A stretch of 64,000 nt of DNA from Spironucleus salmonicida (lineage: Eukaryota). The notes beneath the pieces are model-generated. The model was not told the origin of the DNA. It worked only from the letters and a program-made list of their open reading frames with translations, and did not search any database. A program made the position numbers and the translations under genes. Positions 1 through 13,586 of the stretch are shown one piece after another (position 1 is the first letter of the stretch; every line of letters begins with the position of its first letter). The stretch lies in NCBI RefSeq assembly GCF_000497125.1, contig NC_090599.1:248001-312000 (forward strand), given 5' to 3'.

Positions 1-571
1 AAAAATAGTCAAGTTAAGTTTAATTAAATTTTTTAAGTTCACACTAATAATCTTCTGGTTTAATATCAGTTAATTGTTCGCACATAACTTCTCTTCTAAT
101 CCAACCTGCTTGACCTTACATAAAATCTGCATGAGGTGCATCTAATCTAGACCAAGCTAAGTGAAGTGATGAGGATTTTCCTAACTATGAGATTTTGGAT
201 TCATGAGGAAATTAAGACTTTCTGTATAAATTATCAAATCTTTGAATATGAATTTAGCTAAAATTGTATCTGGCTGCTGAAGCTGGGATCAATAGTACTT
301 ATTCACAGCGCAGATCACCCTCAATATTAGGAAATTATATCTCAGAATCCACTTTAAATTTCCTATGCCTTGCTAGTGCTGCAGATCTTAACTTAAATCC
401 TACTTCAGGTGCTTTGATTCTATTTTTCAATAAACTGGTACCACCAGCCAAGTCTGCAAGTTTAAGTAATACATAAAGATCTGATTCTGGTGTTAATTAA
501 GCCACAATGTTTTCTGCATTTGGTACATTTAGTTATTTTAACGCTTTAAGAAATATTTTCTCTGGGTTCAT
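1..571 (-). CDS. Hypothetical protein, 3'-truncated by the window edge
   Basis: ATG at 571 (MNPEKIFLKALKQLNVPNAE...). The frame stays open with TAR=Gln to position 1 with no in-frame TGA. No family recognised. Confidence 0.75.
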
Positions 572-879
572 TCGGCGAAAAGATCAAAATTTGCATTAAA
601 TTGATTTCTTATATAATAAATATATACTCGTTTGAAAATATAAACTTTTAACATTATTTATATCATATTCATACACATCAAAAATAGAAGAAATGCAAAC
701 ATTATCAAAAAATAGTCGGGTATAACTATTTATAATATTATAAACCAAAAAACTATCACGAAAATAATAAACTAATATATCAGTTTTACACAAATCCACA
801 ATATTTTGTGTGCTTTTTAACAACAAATATATTATAAATAAAAATTTACCTCGTATTAAAACTATCATAAGAATATCAG

Positions 880-1380
880 TCAAATAGAGAATCCTTCTTT
901 TATCTAAAAATTCCACTTTTTAAACCATCCTCCATATGCCATCTCCTCAACAAGAAATTCAAAGTTTATATTTTAAATATCAAGCCGCATATTATCGATT
1001 GTATATAAAGGATATTTTGTTTTCATGAACCTATCTATAGTCTTTCCATATTTATCTTTACTTAACACTACTTGATCCCATACAACTTATTTCTACTATC
1101 CATTAATTTTATCATCCCATATTGCTATCACTGCAATGTAAAATTATTTTGTAGTAAACTAAACCATATTATTGATATCATATTTTAAATTAAACATCAA
1201 ATAAGAACTTTACTAGTTATTTTATACTTTATGCCCATATAATGAACAATTACTTATTTACAATATCTGAGGCTCCTTAGTAGTTATTCTAGATAAATAC
1301 TGAATGAATATCATTGACATCATGAGTGTAAACATTTAAAATGTTAAAATTCTATATAACCTTTGCCCAGCCGTAAACAT
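880..1380 (-). CDS. SPC3: Signal peptidase complex subunit SPC22/23 (166 aa)
   Basis: MFTAGQRLYRILTF followed by a TM segment, then NLKYDINNMVQFTTKQFYIAVIA...KQVVWDQVV...MKTKYPL, matching the SPC3/SPCS3 pattern (LFNWNxKQ.F...NQVVLWDKIV...MKTKY). Confidence 0.8.
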
Positions 1381-1498
1381 TATTTTATATAATATTCTTA
1401 TTATTTTACTATAATAATATTAATTTATAACTAATTCCATATCTTTTTCTATAAATATTATATAATATTACATCGAAATCATTTCCGCTCTTAAAACC

Positions 1499-2224
1499 AT
1501 GAAATAGGATAAACTCTCTTTATCATCGAACACAACTATTTCAGATCAGCTACAGACTGATTCATTCAAGGAGTTTACTAAAGTTTCTTCAATAACAGCA
1601 AACTACCCTCATTATAATCTCTGCGTTATTTTAAATAAAATCTGTTTCGACTTAGCCTCTCAAACTACCAAATCGACTCCAAAAACTCCAGCCAAACATA
1701 TTTTAACGACTACACCTGCTACAGCGAAAAGGGAGGTATAATAAACCCTTCCTGAAATGGATCTTCCGAAATCATTTGAAACTGATGCTAACACAGACCT
1801 TCAAAATGGTGCTAAACATCAAAATAAATCATTTTCAAATGATATTTTTTCAGATTTCAGTTATTTGACACCATCTACATCAAATTTTAAATAGATTGTT
1901 ATCTCTACCCCTTAAATAGAGAAAGCGCGCGAGATTTGTGCATATTTAAGCTCAATAAAAAGGGCATAAATACATAGCAAAAGCTAATTATTGAAGATTT
2001 TAGATAGCTTGCGAATTGTAAGCGATTTTATTGGAATTAAAGGTGGAAATTCAGTAGTCGAGTTAATTTAATAAGTCACGTTTTATTTTGAGGCAATTTT
2101 AGGTTGCAAAGTTGAATTTTAAGCGTAGGTTGATGTTTAGTAACTGTATGTTGCATGTTGCGATTATGTGAGTTTAGGGAAAGTAGCTGTACATTATTGG
2201 CATAGTAGGTAAATATGCGAATGA
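1499..2224 (+). CDS. Hypothetical protein (241 aa)
   Basis: ATG-TGA ORF under TAR=Gln, preceded by an AT-rich TATTATATAA element. S/T/P-rich middle region. Confidence 0.7.
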
Positions 2225-2522
2225 ATGAGTGGGGTTAAATTTTGTGAACATAATTAGAAATTGAAGTTTTTGTTATCTACCTTAACACACTATCTATTGA
2301 TCATCTTGCATGAGCCGACTATTGTTTATTTTTCTTTATATATCAAGAAATATTGCGCCTATTCATCTTTAAATTTTATTTATTGCGGGTGAAATTACCT
2401 AGCTAATAAAATGGGAAATTGAAAAATCCTAAATATATCTTATAATTACATAATAACATAATTACCATACTACTTTTATAAGTATTATATATTAATTACA
2501 TTTATAATATTATAACTTTTTA

Positions 2523-4619
2523 ATGTAACTTGCTCCCCAATTCATAGTTTTGTCAAAGCATAGACCTAAAACTGATAATGAAAATATTATTTTCTTTAAT
2601 ACAAATAGTAAAAACTAAGATTTATTCGAATTTCTTCAGTCTTCGCTTACGAATGCGAATACAGTATCTTTTTAATCTGCAAACCCACAAATTTCAACTC
2701 AGCTGTATCTTGAGTTTTCAGAATTTCTTATAAACCACAACATTGCACTATAGCCAAATGTCTCAATTTACGAACTTGAAAACGAAACTGCTATTGACTT
2801 GCTCGGAGACGAGGAGAACTTCGAATCCGACTATCAAGATCCCCATTACCGTACGGTAAGGCTCTCGTCCAAGCGTGACACCAAGCTTCTGTTCAAGCTC
2901 GTAAGGTTACTTTCGTAAAATTTTCAAGACAACCAGATAGCCAAAATCACATCAGATTCGTTTTGTCGCGTGCTTCTCGTCGATGACGGGCTCTGCAAAA
3001 GCTATCAAATTATCGCAGGGCCTATATAAGATGTATTTGGGGATGCCAGTACGCGCTTCAAGTAGTTCGCCTCTCCGCTTCTCCGCGTTTGTACCAACAT
3101 TGTCGTTTTCGTCGAAGACGACCTACATGAGCTAGAAAGGCTCTTACAAAAACTGGGAAGCTTCAGGTTCAAGTCCAGAGAGCTCTCGCTGCACTTATCA
3201 CCGTAGGAGATCATTCTGACGCCTCTGGACACAGTTTTGGGCGAGTTCGAGGAGCTCATTTCCAGTGAAAACGGATCGATCAGCTCTCCCGCAAAGCTGA
3301 AATACTCGCACCATTTCAAGTCGCCGCAGAGTGCGCGGTCGCAGCAAATGTCACCAAATCCGTCAAATTCCACCACGCAGCTAACCGAATCCCTGCACTC
3401 CGATACTGGGCTTATCCCACAGCAAGTGCATCCGTCCTCACCAAATCAAACTGACCTCCCTGAGGTCATAATAGAGAACTTTGCGTACAATTCTCCGCCA
3501 AAGAGCGTACAGTGCTAGGAATTTAGCGTCAACGATATTCAAAATTGCGAGAGCCTGTCCAACTCTGCACTACAGTACGTTAATTTTCAAGAACCGATTA
3601 CGATGTACGATGAATTTCAGAAGCAGTAAGTGCTAGAGAGCGCGGAAAAACTAAAGCAGCTCCCTATTCAGTAGTCTAAATAGCTAAGCGAGGCCTAGGT
3701 GTAGTACAATTAAAGCTTGAAAAAGCTGTAAGAGGCTGAGCGAGTTAGGGTAGATTTGGAATCGAAGCTGCGGCATGTGGAGGCGTCAGCTAGCGAGTAT
3801 TTGCTTAAAATCGAGCTTTAAAAGATAAACAGTAAAATGCGTTCTAGGAGAATCGAAATTCTTCAAAATGGAAAAACAGAAGACATTGATGAGTTACTTA
3901 GCAAAGAAGAAAATGTATTAGTTAGTATGGAGGATTAATACGTAGAAAGTATATTTAATACATATAGTGCACTTAAATAACATGTCGATACTGCAAATGC
4001 TGGGAAAAGTTTCTCTCAAATTTCGGCTTTAATGAAAGACTGTAGATACGCAGTAGAGAAACGGGTTAATCATGAGAAGTAAGTATTCGAATCCTAGAGA
4101 AAAGAACGTCAGTTCGTGATTTAGTAGTATTTGGTAGATTTACAGTAGAAACATATTAAAAATGAATTAGGATCATTGGATAAGTTGCAGTAAGAATAAG
4201 CTGGTCTTTAAAAATAGTTAGATGATTTATAATAGTTAGATAAGCAAGTATCTCTTAAGCTTCGCCAAGAAAGCTTAAGAGTTTAGAACAAGTAAAAAAT
4301 TATGGCAGAGCTTGATATGAGTATTGTGCAGTCTCAGTAGCTGAAAATGATGCTGGGAAGAGATGGCCTTAATTAGGAGCACTAAGATCAGCGGATGTTG
4401 GAGGGTGCGAAAAGGACTTTAATTTCTCTTAATAATAATGCACAGTGTCAATTATTAACCCCTGATGAAGCAAGATTGAGGTCTGATTTAGAAAAAATAG
4501 TTGAGACAGCAGCCATTGATAAAATAAACTATCAGGATGCGTTTTAACTGTTACAGAAAAATACAACATAGCTTGAAGTAGCATTAGAATAAAAGCTACT
4601 AAAAATGCTGCAACAGTGA
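2523..4619 (+). CDS. Degenerate kinesin-motor-like N-terminus plus long coiled coil (698 aa)
   Basis: NQDLFEFLQSSLTNANTVSF, VSIYELENETAIDLL and RVLLVD occur in kinesin order, but there is no GxxGSGKT, SSRSH or DLAGSE. The C-terminal half is E/Q/K/L heptad-rich. Includes ORF-track fragment 3237..3518. Stop context CAGTGA. Confidence 0.65.
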
Positions 4620-4629
4620 AAAATATTTA

Positions 4630-5094
4630 TCATATCTGGGCGAAAACCCACCGTAACGATTAAAGAAGTTAATGAAGATCTTTGTATTCTGATGTATTGA
4701 GATGATCTGTAACTTTGATATCACCAACTGTTTTCATCACTTCTTTGATTTACGACCTCATTTGTATTAACTAATATTGATTTTTCATTTTTTCCTAATG
4801 TATTTATAACTATTTGGAATTAGCATTTGGAATAAATGGTTTATGTTCCGGTTTCATACCTATGCTATATTTTACTGGGTTTGATAAAATAGTTAACAGA
4901 TTACCATCAAAATGTATTTATCTTGCCTTTGTCATCTTGTAAAATTTATTCTTAATAGCATTAACTTCCATATGTGGAAGATACTTACACTAAATGAATT
5001 GCCAATTGGTTTTCACTTCTTAAACAGCGGTGAGAAGGGCGTGAACTTCTTGGTCTGTCCATATATGATAGTTAGAATTAAGCTTTGCCTACAT
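4630..5094 (-). CDS. Myb/SANT-like DNA-binding protein (154 aa)
   Basis: YHIWTDQEVHALLTAVQEVKTNWQFIQCKYLPHMEVNAIKNKFY is a single Myb repeat (WT.EE..L...V.....NW..I...LP......IKN+F). Confidence 0.85.
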
Positions 5095-5924
5095 GTTCTT
5101 TTTGGAAAGGAAAATCTGCGAATCTAGAAATTTCTATTTTATATTGTATTATATTTATAACTAAAAATATCAGTTTGTCTATAAATACAAAAGAGATTAT
5201 AATACATTATATAAGATTTTTACGTTTAGAAACTCTACTTCCTATTAAAATTAGGTATAGAAATAGACAATATTACTAAATGAAAATATAAATTTTTAAA
5301 TTTATTTTTAAGTATATATTATTTAACTATATAATACATTTAAATGTAAAATTAATTGTAGATTTAAAAATTTTAAAAGTAGAGTTAATAAAATTATGAA
5401 CTGATAAAATATATAATCTACTTTATATTATATCAAAATTACCATACGAATGCAATTATGTAGATAGAATTACAGTAAATAAATAAAATACAATAAAATA
5501 GATAATGATAATATAATTTTTACTATCCCAAACTTGGTATTTATAAAAAAATACGGAACTGTATGCTAATAAGATGTTATCATTCTTATATTGTGACCAA
5601 AAATTTATACTATGATTAAATGAATAATATTTATTTAATGCAAATAATATTATTCATGTTCAAGTTATTTAAATAAGAGATATTTCAGATAATATTTATC
5701 AGCATTTAAATTTCAAATATTCCTAAATAATTTATAACATATTGTGACTATGTTTAATGAACTAGGTATTAAATAAACTTCATATCGCATAATATATATC
5801 ATGAAATTTAAATTACCTGTTTTTAAAATATTTTCCTCTATCTAACGAATTAAATTAAAATACAGTATAATTAGGAACAATATATGTCATATAATATTAT
5901 AACTTATATTTTTAACTAAGAAAA

Positions 5925-7523
5925 ATGGATGAAGATTTTCCTGTGTTTGTCGATATCATTGACTAGGTTTAATTTTAATTCAAAGTCTATCGACATCTAA
6001 AACATGAATAAATACTTTACAAGGCAAAATATCATGCAATTAATCATTTTCACTCTCTCAACCTTCAAAATATAAAATTTCAATCATATGAGATGTATCA
6101 AAACTGTATTAAGATTACAGGAATACCAAAGTAATTATATATCTAGCATATGTAAGCTATTGATTATCCTCCGTTTTTTGATGATAATCTAAAAGATATA
6201 TATGCAAGGCCATACTTACCGGATCCTGATGATTTAACTTTATTTTAAGGGGATTTCTAGATTATCCTATCTCAAATTAACACACTTATTTTACATGTTA
6301 TTAATCCATATTCTGCAAGAATAATTAAACCTGCATTTCTTCTCTATTTTCCAAAATGGCTCAGTCCAACAAAGTTATTAGAGAAAGTTATATCAATTTT
6401 TAATATTCCTTCTCCTGTTAAATAACCTACCGATGATCCAAATTATTTAGAATCCTACGAATTGACTATTTAAATTCCAGTTCAAATGTCTATACTTACA
6501 TTTTTATAAACTTGGCTGACTTTTTATTTTGATGATTTTACATAAGAACTTGTAGATATTATTATTAACTTTTTAAATACTCTAAAATGTGAGTTTTTAG
6601 TTGAGATTACTCGATAAGTATACTAAGCGATAATTTAATAGTAAAGTCATCGATATGAAATTGCTGAGTTTAGTTTTAAAATTACTGACAATAAACCTTT
6701 TAGAATTGTTCCAGGGGCAAATAGTCTTTATCTTGGTGGTGATGCAGCCCCAAAGCTACTTCATACTTAAAATGTTTAGTTTAAATATAAAAATCACTTT
6801 AGATTCAACCTTCCATTTTTTTCTAAGCTAAATGATACTAAAAATAATTAAAAGCTTTAAGAATAGTCCCCAATATGTTTAGCTACTCATTTTTTCCTGT
6901 TCTTATATGAGACCTATGCTAATATTCACCCACGTGATTTTATTGATAATTCTCCAATTCTTCTACTTCATATCAAGCGTTTCAACGTGATTTCTGCCTT
7001 CGTTAGCTAACTTTTGATCGCATCTGATAACTTTACCTTTTTGGTTGAAAAGTTTATAAAAACATCTGAAATTCTTTTAGGTTTTAACGGTTTTGAGCCA
7101 GCAATTGCTATTTTGACAGCAATTTTGAATACTCCAGTCAGTAGAATTATAGGTGATTAGCCATATGTCACTGGGCTCTTAACATAATTCGGAATTGATC
7201 AAAACTGGCGAGGTTATAGATAGAAAATTTAAGAGATCAGTTCCGTATAAACATGTCTACCACTTCTTTCGATAGCAAGAAAAGATGCATTCATCAGCGA
7301 GGAAAGTGGGGATAGAATGGAAAAAGGACGTTGCAACATAGGGCTTGCGGTAAATATTTTTAATGCTATACACCGTTATATACGATTTTAATATCAGAAG
7401 ATTTAAGTTAACTAATTTTAGGAGTTTAGTAGTGTGTAATATATCGAACTGATTTAATATGAACTGATTAGTGATGATGATCTATGGGAATTAAGCTATC
7501 AAGCTTTGCCAAGAGGTGGCTGA
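5925..7523 (+). CDS. RasGEF (REM + CDC25-homology) domain protein (532 aa)
   Basis: REM-like AFLLYFPKWLSPTKLLEKV...VQMSILTFLQTWLTFYFDDF. CDC25-like IKRFNVISAFVSQLL...KFIKTSEILLGFNGFEPAIAILTAILNTPVSRI...NWRGYRQ...TCLPLL. Confidence 0.8.
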
Positions 7524-7565
7524 ATATGTGATTATATTTATATTATAATAAAGTAACAGCTAAAA

Positions 7566-9059
7566 ATGATAATTTAGTAAAATGGTAAATAAAAAATTAT
7601 TTTAAAATAAAGTAAGTAAAATAACACGTAGAATATATTCAGTTCAAATTATTTTAATCCAGAAAAGCTATTTGAATATGCAGACAGTCCTAAAATCCTA
7701 CCAGTGTAATTGAATATGACTTATTCTAAATTGATAGCTAGTGTAGCTTTGCTAAAGAAATTCAACATTAGATACAGTATATTTCCTCTTAAAATAATAT
7801 TGTAAAACTATAGAGGAGATACGTTGAAGGTTTTTGAAAATTTATAGTCACTTTACTTAATCAATTGTTATATTTCAAATGTTATATTTTCATCAAACCC
7901 TTTAACGTTTTCAGCATTTGGATGTACAATTAGTAATTTATCTCACTTTCCTACATACGAATTTCATTTGCATGAAACATTATTTTTGTAAACACTTAAT
8001 CTTCCTTAGACATTAACCGGACTATCATTAGTAGATGTTAGCTTAAAGAACAATCATATCATCGATTTAAATTAATATTAAAGAATCACTAACCTGAGCT
8101 TAAAATAAAACACTAAACTTTAATATTCTGCTGCTAGTATTATTCATGATTTAGTAAATTTAAAATTAGAAAATTTTAGTAATTAAATATTTAATCCTAT
8201 TTAATTTTATAATATTCAAACATTGATATTGATAAACTGTGAACTAGATATAGAATTAATGCTTTCTTATGGGGTAAATAAAATTTAACATTTAGAATTA
8301 AATAAATATAATTTTAAATAAATTGACCTAAAACTATTTAAAAATTTAAAGTAACTTAAATTAGACTTTGTAGAAACTCTTATCACTTACAAGAATGTAA
8401 GATTCCTAGATTTATAATTTTAAGATATTAATTTAATTCTTCCATTTCATATTCATTATTTTATAGGTAATTCATCCAAAAATATAACAGTTCACAATTA
8501 GCTTAGGACAATTTAACTCAGAAATTGTGAACTTCATGTAGCATAGTTTCAAGACTATAAGTATCTAGTTGAACTAGACATTTCATGTAATTATTAAATC
8601 ACGTCTGTCGAACTACCTTAATAGATAAAGATATTATATATTAAAGAGTGTAATCTTCTGTAGTTAAACTTAGAACATCTATAAATGGATATTTTGGATA
8701 TTTCTTCTAACTCTAATCTATATTAAGTGTAACTGCCAAAAATTTTAAGAGTCCTTTATGCTAATCAATTTTCTGGAGAGTATTTAAATTTAATGTAAGC
8801 TAAAGGGATGTAATATCTTTTTGTTAATAAATCTAATATAAAATATATTTTCTACGATTAATTTTTGTATTTAAGCTTTGAATAATGCTTACATCTGAAA
8901 TTTATATAAATTAAAAACAATACTGAATATATGATACAAAATAGTATAAATCCTTCACCCAATCTTAAAAAATTAACTTTAGAGTAAAAATATATTTAAA
9001 GCTTAGAAAGGAAAATAAAGATAATTGAGACATAATTGCATAAAATTATACTATAATGA
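7566..9059 (+). CDS. Leucine-rich repeat protein (497 aa)
   Basis: Repeated LxxLxLxxN/C units (LQSLYLINC, LVELDISCN, IKILYIKEC, MDILDISSN). No in-frame TGA. Confidence 0.75.
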
Positions 9060-9082
9060 ATATATAGTTATTATATCGAAAA

Positions 9083-10648
9083 ATGATATAAATTTTATCA
9101 GAATAAACTATCAATAAATTAGCAGCAGGAGAAATTATTCATTCTCCGTCTTAATCGATAAAGGAATTATTTGAAAATAGTATAGATGCAGGTGCCACTG
9201 AAATTACTATTAGACTTACTAATAATTGTATATTTTTATAAAATAATAACTCATCTATTCAAAAGGATGATCACAAACTCCTATGCTAAAGATTTTGTAC
9301 ATCAAAAATTAGAGACTTTTAAGACTTAAGCAATCATTAAGAGTTTGGTTTTCGAGGAGAAGCATTGGCAGCAATGAGTTATGTGTCATTGGTCACATGT
9401 ATATCTGGAGGATACTTCTCATAACATAAAGATGGGTCTATGATTAAATTTTAGGATCATCCAACCGATGTTTAAGTAACATCCTTCAAAATAGAGTTTA
9501 ACGAATTAGAAATAGATAATGATGCTCTAAAAACTATTGAAATTTTAGCTATGATAAATTTTTAAGTTAATACATATATCAGTTTCCTTAATATTAATAT
9601 GAAAATAGGCACTTATACCAATATTCAGGAATCTATTGATAATTATCTTTAAAATTAGACTAAAACTATATAAGTATCTGGCATAAATATAGATGGATAA
9701 ATTTTTTTTACTTAATCAAATAAGTAAGGAGTGCTTGTAATTAACAATAGAATTATTTATACCAAGAGATTGCTTAACCTAACGCAGAAACTTATTCAGA
9801 GAGCTTCTAAAAGTACAATGAAAGTTACAGTAGTTTTTATAGTGAATATCCCTAATCATTTAATTGATTTTAACTGTCATCCTTAAAAGTCAAATGTTCT
9901 TATAATGAACCAATTAGATGTAGAAATATGTATTGAAAATAGTATTGAAAGATTTATTTTAAATTAGACTAAGGTATAATAGAAGATAATGATTAAATAA
10001 CCTAGATCTGATTTATAGTTATCACCAGTTCTAAAACTAAGGTAATTAGACTAAAAGTAACAAATAAATACGCAAATAAAACTTTCAATTAAAGTTAAAA
10101 AGGACTATCGTTAAAATTTAAGTTTTAACATCAAATAGATCAAATTCTAACTAATTCCAAATATTAATATCATAGGAGGTTATGAAAATTAATGGAGTTA
10201 ATTTATTATTATACAGAAAAATTTAAAACTATACTAAATAGATTTTTCTTGTATATGGAGTTATCTTAATAACTTGATGTTTACATTTTAAAATAATGGA
10301 ATGGCGGTAATTAATCCGTTCATCAATATTCATTAAGAGGTTAATTCCCCAGAATTGGGGGTAAGCCAAGGAATTATTATTAATCCACTTTGTTTATTGC
10401 CAGGAGATTGTTTCTCAGATATTTATGAATAAAGAAAGTAAGATCTTGTTCCTAATATTACTTTATTAAAATAATAAATACATAATAAAAATTTATAAGG
10501 ATATTATGCGTTGTTTGCTAAAAAATTATTTAATGTTATTAAGGATGATCGAGATTTATTATTTGATATTATTCGTGAATCAGATATTAGCATAATGACT
10601 GAAATTGGCGATTAATATAATATTTTAAAATTTTTCAATCGGTTGTGA
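9083..10648 (+). CDS. MLH1: DNA mismatch repair protein MLH1 (MutL family), divergent (521 aa)
   Basis: [49 protein letters not shown] and IDFNCHPQK. The C-terminus ILKFFNRL aligns to MLH1 LYKVFERC. Confidence 0.9.
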
Positions 10649-10696
10649 TTAATTATATTATTATATCATAAATTTATATATAATATTTATTTTAGA

Positions 10697-11092
10697 ATGA
10701 TCTAGTCGGCGTTATCTAACGGTTCTTTGCTAGACTTTTCTAAATCCTCTTACTAGAAGCAACCAATAAAATATTCATAAGTTGCGATATTGTAATAAAA
10801 CTATAATAATAATATAGAATATTTTTTTAACAAAGGTATCTGTGAATAAAAAATAAAATTATTTACTATACAATTACATAAAAGTAAATCTGTTTCCAAA
10901 CTCTACTTTAATGTTCTTTCTGTTGATAATATAGTTTAGCTTCGGCTAGCTTTAGATTTTTTTAAGTACATGACCAACAGTAAATATAATAATGAGCTAG
11001 AAAACTATTGTTAATATAAAAATTGCTCATTAGAATATGATGATTTTAGATAAATATTTAAATACATAGGGCTAATGAGATGGTTTCAGTGA
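10697..11092 (+). CDS. Hypothetical protein (131 aa)
   Basis: ATG after an AT-rich promoter-like tract; stop in CAGTGA context. Confidence 0.6.
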
Positions 11093-11161
11093 AAATTTTA
11101 CTTATTGTTAATATTATATTATTTTCAAATAATATATTTATTATTTTTCATCACCTCTAAA

Positions 11162-11974
11162 ATGCTCCTAGCCAAACATTTCGGAATAAACAAATCTAAG
11201 AAAGAAACACATATTGTCGGTGAAACATTTGCTGCACCAAAAATACACCCTTCGGTATTCTTTAAGACGTTATCAACTGCTACAGCATTAACAGAATCAG
11301 CACCGAAAAAATGGAATAATCAAAAAGGTACAACAACTCTCGCTTTCTCTTTTTAAGGCGGTATTATTATTTCTGTTGACTCTCGTTCTACAATGGGTCC
11401 TTATATTTCTTCAGGTAACGTACACAAGGTTATTCCTATTACATAGCACTTATTAGGTACCATGGCTGGTGGAGCAGCTGACTGTTAGTTCTGGTTATCC
11501 GATTTAGGAAAACGTGTTGCTATGCACGAATTAGAAACTGGTGATAGACTAGGTGCAACATCTGCCTCAAAATTATTTGCAGATACCATTCATTAATATG
11601 CAGGTTATGACTTATCTATAGGTTCAATGATAGCTGGATTTGATGCAGATGGTACACCTAAACTATGGTATTGCGATAATGATGGTGATAGATTGGAAGG
11701 ATATTTATTCTCCGTAGGATCTGGTTCTATGTTTGCTTATTCAATTTTAGAAAATGGTTGGAAATGGGATCTTACTGACTAAGAAGCTATTGATTTAGGT
11801 ATTAAAGCTGTCATGCATGCAGTTCATAGAGATGCTATGTCAGGTGGAATGCAAGCAGTATTCCTAGTTAAGGAAAATGGATGGGAATTGGTTAAGAAAT
11901 AGGATAATTATATTAGCATGCAAAAAGATGGATTTTTGGGAAATCTTAAAGATCTTCCTAGATCTGTTGTCTGA
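11162..11974 (+). CDS. PSMB5: 20S proteasome beta5 subunit (270 aa, with propeptide)
   Basis: KG|TTTLAF, VDSRSTMG, LLGTMAGGAADCQFW (Q encoded by TAG), FSVGSGS and HRDAMSGG. Confidence 0.97.
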
Positions 11975-11984
11975 CATACCACAA

Positions 11985-13586
11985 TCACTCATTTCGCTTA
12001 ATTTTTATTTCATTTATTTCATATCTTTGTAGAAACGCTTGTAATTCCATCTATTACTCAAATGTGAAATATCCAGCTATATTTATTTAGTATTCTGACA
12101 AAATCTTTTAATCAGGCTCAGTTATCTATTTTTATGGATTCTATGAAATAAATTTCTTTAGTTGCTATTAAAATTAATCATTATAACTAGATGACGACGA
12201 GGTTGAAGGTTCAGATAACGAAGATTCAAAAATTTCTGGCTGAGCCTGCTTCTAAACTTCTTTTATAGGCTACTTTTTAGTTGTTTTCCCTTCCATTTTC
12301 CCTGGTAGTTCTTAAATGACTTTAGGTATTTTAAGAGGGATGGACTATGTAATTTCAACTTTATTTGTTCTAAATTCGGATTTCTTATTGCCAGATACTT
12401 CAAATAAAACATTATCCTTAAAATTAAATATAATTTACTGTGATTATCGCAGTGGATTAGATTTAGAATGAATTACATCAATTTATCTGCTCTGAAGTTA
12501 AATCGAAATGGATAATAGTATATCTAAACACTTATTTGGAATTTTCTTAAATTTGTTATTTCTAATATATATTATATGTCCTAAATCAACAAGCTCTGAA
12601 TATGTCTCCATAATTAGGGTTATCAAATCAGTGGATTATGTACGAAATTCTATTTTATACTCATTTGGTATGAAATATAATGAAACAAGTAGGGAAATCG
12701 CTTGAATTCGAAGTTAGCTCTGTGATTCTAACGAAAACAAAATAATTTGCTCTTTGCTTGGAAAACAAAGATTTATTTACACCTAATTTCCATTAAAAAC
12801 TTGTAAATAGACGACTATATCATGTGTATCGCCTTCCTATATGTACTTTGGTCTGAAAGCTTTTAAAATATTCTCATTTTATGCCTAGAGCTTTTTAACG
12901 AAATCAATTGCATACACTTTTTCGGTCACTAAAATCTATTCCAAAAAAGGTAATTTGAACTCTTGAATTCGCGAAATGTTAATAATATCAACATCTGCAA
13001 TTGATTGGCTCTGAACTATTGGCGTGGCCGGTCGGACCCCAATCGGCCTGTACACCCCCTGTTCTTATCCAGACCAAAAATCACAATACTCCCCCAGTAA
13101 GCATATCCTTCCCAACACCGGATGGTTGTCCAATAACTAGAATTTGATTTGTTTTCCGCTAAGTTAAGTGATAAGCTGCGCTGCAATATCACTAAAAAGT
13201 GAATTTTAGCACCTGCTAATTGAAATCGTCAAGTTGTTAATTATTCTTATTATCAGAGCTTACTCAGTTTCGAATACAATATTATTTTGGAAAAGCCTCA
13301 CGATGATCAAAATAGCTATCAGATGAGCACGAATCGGAGTCGTTTGATTTATCTAGATCCGGTACTCTTCTCGGTTAAAAAATAGCGATATATTTTTACC
13401 ATGTGTCTGGATAATCTGCACCATCGTTGCTTTGCTAGTTGGCGGCAGCAGGCTAAGTTACTCGATCATCATGTTGCTGGAGTAGAAATCATGTTCAAAC
13501 TACGACCGGCTAATTATGTTGATCGACTGGTTCCCGAGACCCGGTAAGGACTAAATGATTGAAATGAGGGGTTTTGTGTAGGTCAT
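11985..13586 (-). CDS. Hypothetical protein (533 aa)
   Basis: Long ATG-TGA ORF (MTYTKPLISIIQSLPGL...KRNE*) with stop in GAGTGA context. No family recognised. Confidence 0.75.
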
